Shown here: positions 18,903-27,031 of the stretch, one piece after another | Layout of the letters: the number at the start of each line of letters is the position of its first letter | Numbering within the stretch: the first letter of the stretch is position 1 | Origin: a virus | Taxonomy: Duplodnaviria > Caudoviricetes | Strand: one strand, 5' to 3' | DNA length: 27,031 nucleotides | Virus record (IMG/VR): IMGVR_UViG_3300029822_000062 | Span: 1 to 27,031 of that record | Translations under genes and position numbers: made by a program | The notes under the pieces: generated by a model | Databases searched by the model: none | Seen by the model: only the letters and a program-made list of their open reading frames with translations | What the model was told of the DNA's origin: nothing

Positions 18903-20306
18903 ATGTCTAATGGATGGAGATTTTTTACGAATTATCTAGTTGGACATAGCTATAAAGATTATATAGACGTAACAAAATACTGCAGTAATTGGGCTTGGAC
19001 AGATGATAAGGACACTATAGCACAAACTCTTACTTTTGACAGCATATTAGATTTTGCAGAGGGTAGGAGCCATATTATATTAAAAAAAGGTGATAAAACA
19101 ATAATTGCAGGAGTAGTTACGCAGAAACCGCAAAAAAAGAATAGTTGCAATTACACAGCACAGGACTACAGTTTTTACCTAAATAAAGACCAAATAAAAG
19201 TGTATCAATTTAATGGAGAGGATGCTAAAAGCTGTATTTATAGAATATTAGAAGATAATAATGTAGGTGGTGCCTGTATGACTTTAAATACTAAAATATC
19301 CAAGCTATATTGGGGCAAAACCTATATAGATATAATCAAAGATATTTTAGAGCAATGTAAGGCAGAAATCGGCGAAGATATATTTATGGAAATGCGTGGT
19401 ACTGTTTTATGGATTGATAAAGTAAGTAATTTAAAATTGAATTGTAAATATATTATGGGTAATGATTATACAGTAACTAGAAACATGGAGAATATGTGTA
19501 ACTACGTTATAGTCAGCAATAGTTCAACAGGTTCCGAAAGTGGAGAAAGTACATCCCCACCAAGTATATTAGCCACATTAAGGGATGATAAAAACATACA
19601 AATATTCGGCCGTATGAGTAAAATTCTGCAAGTTGAAGGGCAAAATGAAGCTCAGGCAAGAACAACAGGACAGAATTATCTAAATAATTTTGATGCAACC
19701 AACAGAGAGGTTACAGTAACATTGCTTGATGTAGTAAATGGCGAAAATATAAGGGCAAACAGACAAATGCCTTTGGATATAAGTAAATATGGAGTAAAAG
19801 GATATTATAAGATAAAAAATGCTCAGCATACTTTAAAAGGAGGCACACATAAAGTGCAAGTTACAATAGATTTTTCTGGTGCAAGTTTTGAGGACAACAC
19901 AGTTTATAAAACACCTACAGGTAGCAGTATTAAAGCTTCTAATGGTAATAGTAAAGCAGATGAAATTATTAGCTACGCAAAGCAATTCTTAGGCAGGCCG
20001 TACGAACATGGCGGCGGCAATCCTCCTAATTCATTCGACTGTAGTAGTTTTGTAAGCTATGTGTTTTCACATTTTGGCATAAATTTAACTGCTTATACCT
20101 ATGACATGATAAATCAAGGCACAAGGATAAGCATAAGCAACATACAACCGGGTGATGTCCTATTTTTCTATAATACTGGCCATTGCGGTATTTATATTGG
20201 AAATGACCAATTCATTCATGCTCCGCATACAGGAGATGTGGTTAAAATTAGTACATTTAGTGGAAGTTATTCGAGTGTGTGCAATGCTGCAATAAGGGTA
20301 ATTTAG
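18903..20306 (+). CDS. Baseplate hub (XkdQ-like) fused to an NlpC/P60 peptidase
   Basis: C-terminal AKQFLGRPY..FDCSSFV..PGDVLFF..GHCGIYIG..FIHAP (Cys-His-His). Hub assignment from N-terminus and synteny. Confidence 0.85.
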   Translation: MSNGWRFFTNYLVGHSYKDYIDVTKYCSNWAWTDDKDTIAQTLTFDSILDFAEGRSHIILKKGDKTIIAGVVTQKPQKKNSCNYTAQDYSFYLNKDQIKVYQFNGEDAKSCIYRILEDNNVGGACMTLNTKISKLYWGKTYIDIIKDILEQCKAEIGEDIFMEMRGTVLWIDKVSNLKLNCKYIMGNDYTVTRNMENMCNYVIVSNSSTGSESGESTSPPSILATLRDDKNIQIFGRMSKILQVEGQNEAQARTTGQNYLNNFDATNREVTVTLLDVVNGENIRANRQMPLDISKYGVKGYYKIKNAQHTLKGGTHKVQVTIDFSGASFEDNTVYKTPTGSSIKASNGNSKADEIISYAKQFLGRPYEHGGGNPPNSFDCSSFVSYVFSHFGINLTAYTYDMINQGTRISISNIQPGDVLFFYNTGHCGIYIGNDQFIHAPHTGDVVKISTFSGSYSSVCNAAIRVI

Positions 20307-20316
20307 AGGTGATTTA

Positions 20317-20685
20317 ATGAATTATGATGCACGTTGGGCTGAAAAAGGAGCGAAGGAAATTAAGAATAGAAATAATCCGCAATTGTTAGGACATAAAATA
20401 GCAACAGTAGTACAAATAAATCCAATAAAGGTAAGCGTGCTTGATGGGCAGGCTTTTTTTAGTGAAGATAATGAAAGGCAAAAGTTAATTATAGGTAATG
20501 CTTTAAAAGAATATAAACTACCTGTAACTGTTAGTATAACAACAGATAGAGGTACTTACACAGGGACAGGCACAGCTATCCATGAAGGAATAAAAGTAGG
20601 TGACAAATTGATTTGCGAGTTTACGCAGAGCAATCAAGAATTAATAGTTATAGACAAGGTAGGTGGTGATAATGGCAGCAACTAA
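20317..20685 (+). CDS. XkdR/DUF2577-like baseplate spike-region protein
   Basis: VVQINPIKV, IKVGD and IVIDKV motifs. Synteny fits. Confidence 0.65.
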   Translation: MNYDARWAEKGAKEIKNRNNPQLLGHKIATVVQINPIKVSVLDGQAFFSEDNERQKLIIGNALKEYKLPVTVSITTDRGTYTGTGTAIHEGIKVGDKLICEFTQSNQELIVIDKVGGDNGSN

Positions 20686-21142
20686 TATGCTTCCTTTGAT
20701 ACCGGGGCTACAAGAACAAATAGACAATATACAAACTGTAAATACAACAATAGAGCCACTTGGAAGAGCAATGAAATTCGACTTTGTTAACAAATGTTTT
20801 GTACTTCAAGATGGCAGGCCAGTTGAATTGAGTACAGATGAAGAAAAGATACAGCAATGGATCCGTTTAATTATATTAACTTATAAAGACACATACGACA
20901 TTTATAAAGGTACTGATTTTTATTGCAATGTTAAAGACGCTATAGGTAAGAAAATGAGTGGCTATAATGCTTTTTATCAGAGTGAAATTCAAAGAGAAGT
21001 TAGAGAAGCTCTGTTGAAACATAGATATATTGCAAGTGTAGATAACTTTTCTATAGTACAGACAGATAAGAGAACATGGAATGTGCAATATGTTGTCACT
21101 CTTATCACAGGTCAAACAGTTTCTAATGAGGAGGTGGTTTGA
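20672..21142 (+). CDS. XkdS/DUF2634-like baseplate wedge (gp25-like) protein
   Basis: FDF...F, IQQWI and SEIQREVREALL..I.SVDNF. Confidence 0.75.
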   Translation: MAATNMLPLIPGLQEQIDNIQTVNTTIEPLGRAMKFDFVNKCFVLQDGRPVELSTDEEKIQQWIRLIILTYKDTYDIYKGTDFYCNVKDAIGKKMSGYNAFYQSEIQREVREALLKHRYIASVDNFSIVQTDKRTWNVQYVVTLITGQTVSNEEVV

Positions 21143-22267
21143 TTGGGCTATTATGATGATAAAACAACAGACAATTTGCAAACTGAACTACTGTCTAATG
21201 TAAGTGATGATTATGATAAAACTATTGGCTACCCTATGTATGATTCCTTAAAGGCTGTAGCTATTGAAATCGCCAACATTTATACAGAACTGTCTGCAAC
21301 AAGAGCCAGTATAGAGTCCCCGGATAATTTAAGTGGGGCAGATAGAGAAAAATTTGTAGTACAAAGGACAGGGCAAACAAAGAAAATAGGAGCTTTTGCG
21401 AGTACAAATTTACATGTAAATGGAACTGGAGTAGTAAAGGCAGGAGATAAAGTTGAAACAAAGGCAGGTATTCAATATGCTTGTACAGCTGATACCGTAA
21501 TTAATGGTACAGGTATTGCCCCTATTCAAGCTACAGAAATAGGGACGTATGGAAATACTCCAGCTAACACAATTACACAAATACCAGTTACTATTCCAGG
21601 TATAACGTCAATCACAAACCCTAATTCTGTTATTAATGGTGTAGATAATGAAAGTGATGATAGTTTAAGAGAAAGATATTATACTTATTTAAGAAATCCA
21701 ATTACTTCAAACAACGAAAATGCATTTATTAATTGGGCAGAAAGTATAGATGGAGTAGGACGTGCAAAAGCTTTTGGATGTTGGCAAGGGAAAAACAGTG
21801 TATTAGTTATTATCTGTAACGGAAATATGCAGGTAGCAGATGCTACATTAGTACAAACAGTACAAAATGCTATAGATCCTAAAGGCATCCAAGATTCTGA
21901 TGGTAATTGGAGCACCTGGGGGTTAGGAAAAGGACTTGCAAGTGGAGGCAGTTTTGCAACAATACAAAGTGCTGCAGCTAAGAATATAAATATAACTGCT
22001 AATGTAGTTTTAGCTACAAATTATACACTTGACCAAGTTAAAACAAGCTTTTCTAATTCTGTAACAAACTATTTAAAAACTATAGCATTGCAAGATGATG
22101 TACCAACAGTTTCATATGGAAAAATAGTTAATCTATTATATGAAACTGAGGGAATTAGCGATTATAGTAATGCTCAAATAAATGGAGGTACTGCAAATAT
22201 ACCACTATCTTTAATAAGCAGTCTGTGTGAAATTCCAGTGCTAGGGACGGTGACATTGAGTGTCTAG
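21143..22267 (+). CDS. Baseplate J-like protein (XkdT)
   Basis: GNTPANTI, NGVDNESDDSLRER, WAESIDGVGRA and C-terminal PVLGTVTL. Confidence 0.92.
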   Translation: MGYYDDKTTDNLQTELLSNVSDDYDKTIGYPMYDSLKAVAIEIANIYTELSATRASIESPDNLSGADREKFVVQRTGQTKKIGAFASTNLHVNGTGVVKAGDKVETKAGIQYACTADTVINGTGIAPIQATEIGTYGNTPANTITQIPVTIPGITSITNPNSVINGVDNESDDSLRERYYTYLRNPITSNNENAFINWAESIDGVGRAKAFGCWQGKNSVLVIICNGNMQVADATLVQTVQNAIDPKGIQDSDGNWSTWGLGKGLASGGSFATIQSAAAKNINITANVVLATNYTLDQVKTSFSNSVTNYLKTIALQDDVPTVSYGKIVNLLYETEGISDYSNAQINGGTANIPLSLISSLCEIPVLGTVTLSV

Positions 22268-22889
22268 TAAAGATGATTTAATACAACATTTGCATGAGCT
22301 ATACAGGGCAGATCCTTATATAAATGAATTATATAAAAGTGTTGGTATAGAAATGGACAACGTAAAAAGTATAATTGATGATTTAGGTAAAGAATACTTT
22401 TTTGACACTATGACTACAGATATTGGTATTCCAACATTTGAGAACTTATTAAGGTTCAAAACTAGTTCTAATGCAATTTTAGCAAATAGAAGAAGTCAAC
22501 TTGAAGCTAGATATAAAGGTAGAGGTAAATTTAGTATTGATTTAATACAAGCAATTTGCAATAGTTGGTTACATGGTAATACTGATGTTAGTTTTATAGA
22601 TGATATTATAAAGATAAAGTTTATTGGTATAAATGGTATTTCAAACGACTTAGATAATATATATAAAGCTATCCAAGTCATTAAACCAGCACAAATACCA
22701 ACTGATTATGAATTAGTCTCTATAACAGATATGAGTATATATTTTGGGGCTGCAACATTATCTGGTGAAACTGTAACTGTATATCCTTGGACAAATAGAG
22801 AAATAGAAACAACAGGAGTTGTAAATTTAGGCTCTGCACCAGCTATAAATGCAGAAACGACTACTATATATCCAAAGGAGGTAAATTAA
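22260..22889 (+). CDS. Baseplate protein (XkdU/YmfQ, DUF2313-like)
   Basis: FFDTMT..GI..FE.LL, RRS.L.AR and IKPAQI. Follows baseplate J. Confidence 0.75.
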   Translation: MSSKDDLIQHLHELYRADPYINELYKSVGIEMDNVKSIIDDLGKEYFFDTMTTDIGIPTFENLLRFKTSSNAILANRRSQLEARYKGRGKFSIDLIQAICNSWLHGNTDVSFIDDIIKIKFIGINGISNDLDNIYKAIQVIKPAQIPTDYELVSITDMSIYFGAATLSGETVTVYPWTNREIETTGVVNLGSAPAINAETTTIYPKEVN

Positions 22890-24035
22890 ATGGCAGATCA
22901 ACAATTTTATACAATAGTAACAACTGCAGGCAAAGCAAAAATAGCTAATGCAACGGCTTTTGGAACGAAAGTTAATTTTGCTACTTTAAAAGCAGGAGAT
23001 GGAAATGGTACTTATTATGAACCGACAGAAGCTCAAATAGATTTAGTCCATACTGTGTGGAGTGGACCTATAACAAATATAAGTACAGATCCTAATAACC
23101 CAAATTGGATAATTGTAGCCGTATCAGTACCTGCAAATGTCGGTGGATTTATGATACGTGAAGTAGGTATTTTTGATGATACTGGGACAATGATAGCTAT
23201 TGGAAAGTATCCAGAAACATATAAACCTACAAGCGACACAGGTTCAACAAAAGATTTAACTATAAGAACAATATTAGAAGTTAGCAATGCAGGGACTATA
23301 GAATTAAATGTAGATCCTAATGTAATACTTGCAACTAAAAAAGATATTGAAGATATAAATAGTAAAATAGTAACAGATGAAAATGCAGTAAACAATTTGC
23401 AAACAGATGTATTAGAGTCTACAGGATTTGGCGTAGTAAGTGGTTTAACTGTTTCAGCTCAAACAAGTCCAAACATGACTGTAAATGTTTCTTCAGGTAT
23501 TGTTCATATGCCATCTGGTATAAGATTAGCACCGTCAGGTAATTCTGCATTAGCAATAACAGCAGCGGATGCAACTAATCCGAGAGTTGACATTATTTAT
23601 GTGAAAAATGATAGTACAATAGGATATTTAGCAGGAATACCTGCAGTGACACCAACAGCACCAGATATACCAACAGGTGCTTTTTTACTATATCAAATTA
23701 ATGTTCCTGCAGGAGCTACAAGTATAACTAATGATAACATTATGGATAAGCGAAAAATGAAGATTACATCAGAATATCTAGATAATACGATTAATCAACA
23801 TAAGGCAGATATTACGAATCCACACAAAGTTACAGCAAGCCAAGTTGGATTAGGCAATGTAGAAAAAGAGTTAGCTAGTGTTCAAACGGATATAATAGAT
23901 TTAGCTTTTCAATTAGCTATACAAAATTTAGTAAGTACATCCAATATGAAACATGTTTTCATAGATAAAATTGAAAACGCTAGTGATGTAAACTTAATAT
24001 CGGGAATGTATGCTAATAGCAAAGTTTATATCTAA
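22890..24035 (+). CDS. Tail fibre protein (tail-collar N-terminal domain)
   Basis: FYTIVTTAGKAKIANA..GDGNG..GGFMIREVGIFD..YPETYKP N-terminal baseplate-binding module, plus NPHKVTASQVGLGNV fibre motif. Confidence 0.85.
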   Translation: MADQQFYTIVTTAGKAKIANATAFGTKVNFATLKAGDGNGTYYEPTEAQIDLVHTVWSGPITNISTDPNNPNWIIVAVSVPANVGGFMIREVGIFDDTGTMIAIGKYPETYKPTSDTGSTKDLTIRTILEVSNAGTIELNVDPNVILATKKDIEDINSKIVTDENAVNNLQTDVLESTGFGVVSGLTVSAQTSPNMTVNVSSGIVHMPSGIRLAPSGNSALAITAADATNPRVDIIYVKNDSTIGYLAGIPAVTPTAPDIPTGAFLLYQINVPAGATSITNDNIMDKRKMKITSEYLDNTINQHKADITNPHKVTASQVGLGNVEKELASVQTDIIDLAFQLAIQNLVSTSNMKHVFIDKIENASDVNLISGMYANSKVYI

Positions 24036-24129
24036 TATGGTTATTTTATAACAAAATGTTAATTAAAGCTAACAACTTATGATAAACTAAAACAGTTGAA
24101 ATTCAATTCAAAAATTGAAAGGTGACAAA

Positions 24130-24471
24130 GTGGAACCATTAATTTTACAAAAGAAAACAGAAGTGTTATTGAATAAAGAGGTATACCCTATACTAAAGAA
24201 GTATCCTAAGTCTGAGAAGTTTGCATTATGCCAGGAGATTAAGCAAGCTTTTTATAGGACTCTTAGAAATATTATGCTTGCTAATAATGTAAAAAGAAAT
24301 AGACTTCATTATCTTCAACAAGTTGATGCTGACTTGAAATTATTGCTTGTTTTGTTTTCTATATCTAGAGAACAAAAGTATATAACAGAAAGAAAGTGCT
24401 TACAGCTCCAGGACAAGATAAGCGAACTTGGGAGAATAACTGGTGGCTTAATGAAAGTATCAGTTAAATAA
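24130..24471 (+). CDS. avd: DGR accessory variability determinant (Avd-like four-helix bundle)
   Basis: YPKSEKFALCQEIK and ISELGRITGGL. Lies directly upstream of TR and RT; GTG start after AAAGGTGA. Confidence 0.9.
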   Translation: MEPLILQKKTEVLLNKEVYPILKKYPKSEKFALCQEIKQAFYRTLRNIMLANNVKRNRLHYLQQVDADLKLLLVLFSISREQKYITERKCLQLQDKISELGRITGGLMKVSVK

Positions 24472-24499
24472 AATAAATATAGGGTTAATTCTGTATGGG

Positions 24500-24596
24500 C
24501 TTCCTCTCGTGTTGTTCGCGGGTACAATTCTGCTCGCTATTTCAATAATAACAATAGTAATAATACTAACAATCTCATTGGGTGGCGCCCCGTCCT
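24500..24596 (+). repeat. DGR template repeat (TR)
   Basis: 97-nt non-coding copy of 26428-26524, rich in AAT/AAC codons. 9 of the 14 mismatches fall at TR adenines. Confidence 0.92.
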
Positions 24597-24752
24597 GTAA
24601 GCATTTAGATTGGTACGACTACGGTTTTATCAACATGACCCTAAAGTTTTATGTTTAGGTTAGGACTTCAGGGGAGAATTAATCCTTCACTAGTAAATGG
24701 TGTAAACACATGAATAATGGCATTTTGCCAAGCTTTGAAAGGAGATGCCAAA

Positions 24753-25811
24753 ATGCCGAATACTTTATTTGAAAAGGCAGTAGACTATAAAAATTTAAAA
24801 GAAAGCTATAAGAGAGCACAACAGGCTCAGAAAAAATATAAAAAAGAAGCTATAATATTTGATATGGCAAGGGAAAAGAATTTGGTGAAACTTTGGAGAG
24901 AATTAAAAAATGGAACTTATATGCCTGGAAGTTATATAGAATTTAAGGTATATGAACCTAAAGAACGTGTAATTCATGCTCCAAGGATAAGAGATAAAAT
25001 AGTTCAATTTGCAGCACATATGGTACTTCAGGAAGTTTATTATAATAAATTCATAAATTCTTCTTATGCTTGTCTAATGGAAAGAGGAACTCATAAAGCT
25101 GTACAGAAGGTTCAACATGACATGAGGTATGTCCAATGGAAACATGGTAATGGTTGGATACTTAAGATGGATGCAAGAAAATTTTTCTATTCTATAAACA
25201 GAGACATACTTAAACAGATCTTAAGGAAAAAGATTAAGGATGATAAGTTTTTAAATCTTTTAGATAAAATTATAGATAGCTCTCCAGAAGGTGAAAAAGG
25301 GATTCCTCTTGGAAATGTAACTAGTCAGGATTTTGCCAATATATATCTTAATGAAGTGGACCAATATGCTAAAAGGTATCTTGGCCTTAAATACTATGTA
25401 AGATATATGGATGATATTATAGTAATTCTAAGGACAAAAGAAGAAGCAAAGCAAGCTAAAGAGAATATAACAAAATTTCTAAATGAAAAGCTTGATTTAC
25501 AAATAAATAATAAAACTAAAGTATTCCCTTTAAGCCAAGGTGTTAATGCTTATGGATTTAAAATATTTACTACCCATAAGTTGATAAGGAATTCTTCCAA
25601 GGCAGCTATGAAGAGAAGAATTAAAGCTATGGATAAAAAAGTTAAAAATAAGGAAATGTCAGAAAAAGAAGTACAGCAAAGTGTTAATAGCTGGTTAGGC
25701 CATGCAAGACATTCTAATAGCTATAACCTTAGTAAAAAAATATTCAGTAGATACAATTATATAAAAATAGAAAATCCCAAATTTAAGTTTGGGAAGATAA
25801 GCACTCAGTAA
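24753..25811 (+). CDS. DGR reverse transcriptase
   Basis: EPKERVI, RDKIVQ, RGTHKA, LKMDARKFF, GIPLGNVTSQ (DGR-type SQ motif) and YVRYMDD. RBS AAAGGAG before ATG 24753. Confidence 0.95.
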   Translation: MPNTLFEKAVDYKNLKESYKRAQQAQKKYKKEAIIFDMAREKNLVKLWRELKNGTYMPGSYIEFKVYEPKERVIHAPRIRDKIVQFAAHMVLQEVYYNKFINSSYACLMERGTHKAVQKVQHDMRYVQWKHGNGWILKMDARKFFYSINRDILKQILRKKIKDDKFLNLLDKIIDSSPEGEKGIPLGNVTSQDFANIYLNEVDQYAKRYLGLKYYVRYMDDIIVILRTKEEAKQAKENITKFLNEKLDLQINNKTKVFPLSQGVNAYGFKIFTTHKLIRNSSKAAMKRRIKAMDKKVKNKEMSEKEVQQSVNSWLGHARHSNSYNLSKKIFSRYNYIKIENPKFKFGKISTQ

Positions 25812-25825
25812 TGGGTGTTTTTTTA
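25800..25825 (+). terminator. Intrinsic terminator after RT
   Basis: AGCACTCA-gtaa-TGGGTGTT followed by a T tract. Confidence 0.7.
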
Positions 25826-25850
25826 TTTTACAAAAAAGGAGAGTGAAATA

Positions 25851-27031
25851 ATGGCCAATGGTGATCTGGTTAAATTAGGTACCTTTTATTTAAATGGTAC
25901 AAAGCAAGCAAGACCTACTTATCCATGGCAGAATGGATCTACGCCAACAGGAGCTCCTGGAGCAGGCAATATACCCACTTACTCATCAGGAAACATAGAA
26001 ATAAAAGACACAGATGCTGATGATGCTTATAAGATTCAATGGATAGAGGTAAATGATACAACTAATAATAAGAAACTTCTAATAGCTGATAGAAACTTAT
26101 TAGTAAGTGCTTCATGGGACGCACTAAATGCTCAATCATTAATAACAGGCAAAACTGTAACTATAGATGGACAGCAGTATAAGTTAAGGGTACTTACAGG
26201 CGGTAGTAATTATAGAAGTGGCAGTGATAATTATAGTGGTGGTACTCCTACTGACAATGAATGGGATAGAATAATTGCAAATGAAGCAGCCTTTTCAGGA
26301 CTACCTACTCCTAGCACTACTGACTTAGATTCTACACAAAATGAAACTGATAGGCTGGGAACACATAACCAAAAGTGGAATTGGTATAATTGTTATAGTT
26401 GGGCACAAGAGACATTTTATCCAAATTCTTCCTCTCGTGTTATTCGTGGGTACGATTCTGCCCGCTTTTTCACTACTAACAATAGTACTAATCCTTACAG
26501 TACCGTTGGGTGGCGCCCCGTCCTTGAAGTTCTGAACACTGCCCCTCTGGTATCTGATTCAGATAAGGACTTAGGAAGTTATGCTGCAGCTTTGACAAAG
26601 AACTACACTGTAACAGATGCAGATGGAGATACAATCACAGTAGTTGAAAAATTAGATGGAAGTGTAATTAGAACATTAAATAATCAAGCGAGTGGAACGA
26701 GCTTAACCGTAGATTTAACTACACAATGGTCAAGTTTAAGTTTGGCAAGTCATACAATTACAATTGAAGTAACTGATTCAAAGGGACTAGCTGGAGTAAC
26801 AAGAACTTGGACATTTACCAAAACAAATAGTGCTCCTGGAGCACCAAGCATAACCTCACCTGTTAATTTAATGAGAGTACCTCAGAATTTTGATGTAGAG
26901 TTTACAACCTCAACTGATGTAGAGGGAGATACCCAAACATTAAAGTTACAAATTGCAGATGATAGTGGATTTACTCAAAATGCACAAACAATTACAACTG
27001 GATTAAAAAAATACAATGATACAAGTAAGCA
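25851..27031 (+). CDS. DGR target protein (C-type-lectin-like variable domain followed by Ig-like beta domains), 3' truncated by the window
   Basis: Missing from the ORF track because it has no stop in the window. RBS AAGGAG, ATG 25851, open to the window end. Contains SWAQE..SSRVIRG..GWRPVLE followed by NTAP..YTVTDADGD and NSAP..DVEGD. Confidence 0.88.
   Translation, partial: MANGDLVKLGTFYLNGTKQARPTYPWQNGSTPTGAPGAGNIPTYSSGNIEIKDTDADDAYKIQWIEVNDTTNNKKLLIADRNLLVSASWDALNAQSLITGKTVTIDGQQYKLRVLTGGSNYRSGSDNYSGGTPTDNEWDRIIANEAAFSGLPTPSTTDLDSTQNETDRLGTHNQKWNWYNCYSWAQETFYPNSSSRVIRGYDSARFFTTNNSTNPYSTVGWRPVLEVLNTAPLVSDSDKDLGSYAAALTKNYTVTDADGDTITVVEKLDGSVIRTLNNQASGTSLTVDLTTQWSSLSLASHTITIEVTDSKGLAGVTRTWTFTKTNSAPGAPSITSPVNLMRVPQNFDVEFTTSTDVEGDTQTLKLQIADDSGFTQNAQTITTGLKKYNDTSK
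26428..26524 (+). repeat. DGR variable repeat (VR)
   Basis: In-frame copy of TR encoding SSRVIRGYDSARFFTTNNSTNPYSTVGWRPV, ending in the GC-rich IMH-like GGGTGGCGCCCCGTCC. Confidence 0.92.

Larger units (their letters stand above)
24130..27031 (+). mobile_element. Diversity-generating retroelement (avd-TR-RT-target/VR)
   Basis: All four components are present, and the TR/VR pair is dominated by adenine mismatches. Confidence 0.93.

Noticed and set aside
390-24527. Numerous short minus-strand ORFs in the track
   Set aside because: All are antisense to well-supported + strand genes and show no recognisable motifs.
24544-24573. AAT/AAC run as a microsatellite or CRISPR-like repeat
   Set aside because: Explained as the adenine-rich codons of the DGR TR. 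No repeat-spacer array is visible in the window.
24753-25811. RT as a group II intron, retron or Abi RT
   Set aside because: The short length, SQ motif, adjacent Avd and TR/VR pair identify a DGR.
26341-26535. 64-aa + strand ORF from the track
   Set aside because: It is an alternative frame inside the long DGR target ORF starting at 25851, and has no RBS.

Overview
Low-GC (Clostridium-like Firmicute) temperate phage/prophage late operon, with all genes on the + strand. It runs: small and large terminase, two small inserted genes, HK97-type portal, ClpP-type prohead protease, major capsid, neck genes, then a contractile tail (sheath, tube, tail assembly chaperone with a -1 slippery site). A SHOCT-domain moron precedes the tape measure gene, which is split into three exons by two self-splicing group I introns (12598-13963 and 15450-17244). 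Each intron carries a different homing-endonuclease ORF (GIY-YIG; Zn-ribbon + Vsr/EDxHD-like). Baseplate and tail-fibre genes follow, then a complete diversity-generating retroelement (avd, TR, RT) whose target gene has an internal VR and runs off the window. The most unusual signal is that the two unrelated endonuclease ORFs sit in the same expression cassette: an extended -10 promoter, a covarying pseudoknotted ~120-nt leader RNA and a matching 3' hairpin. All assignments come from manual motif and base-pairing inspection; no database searches were run.
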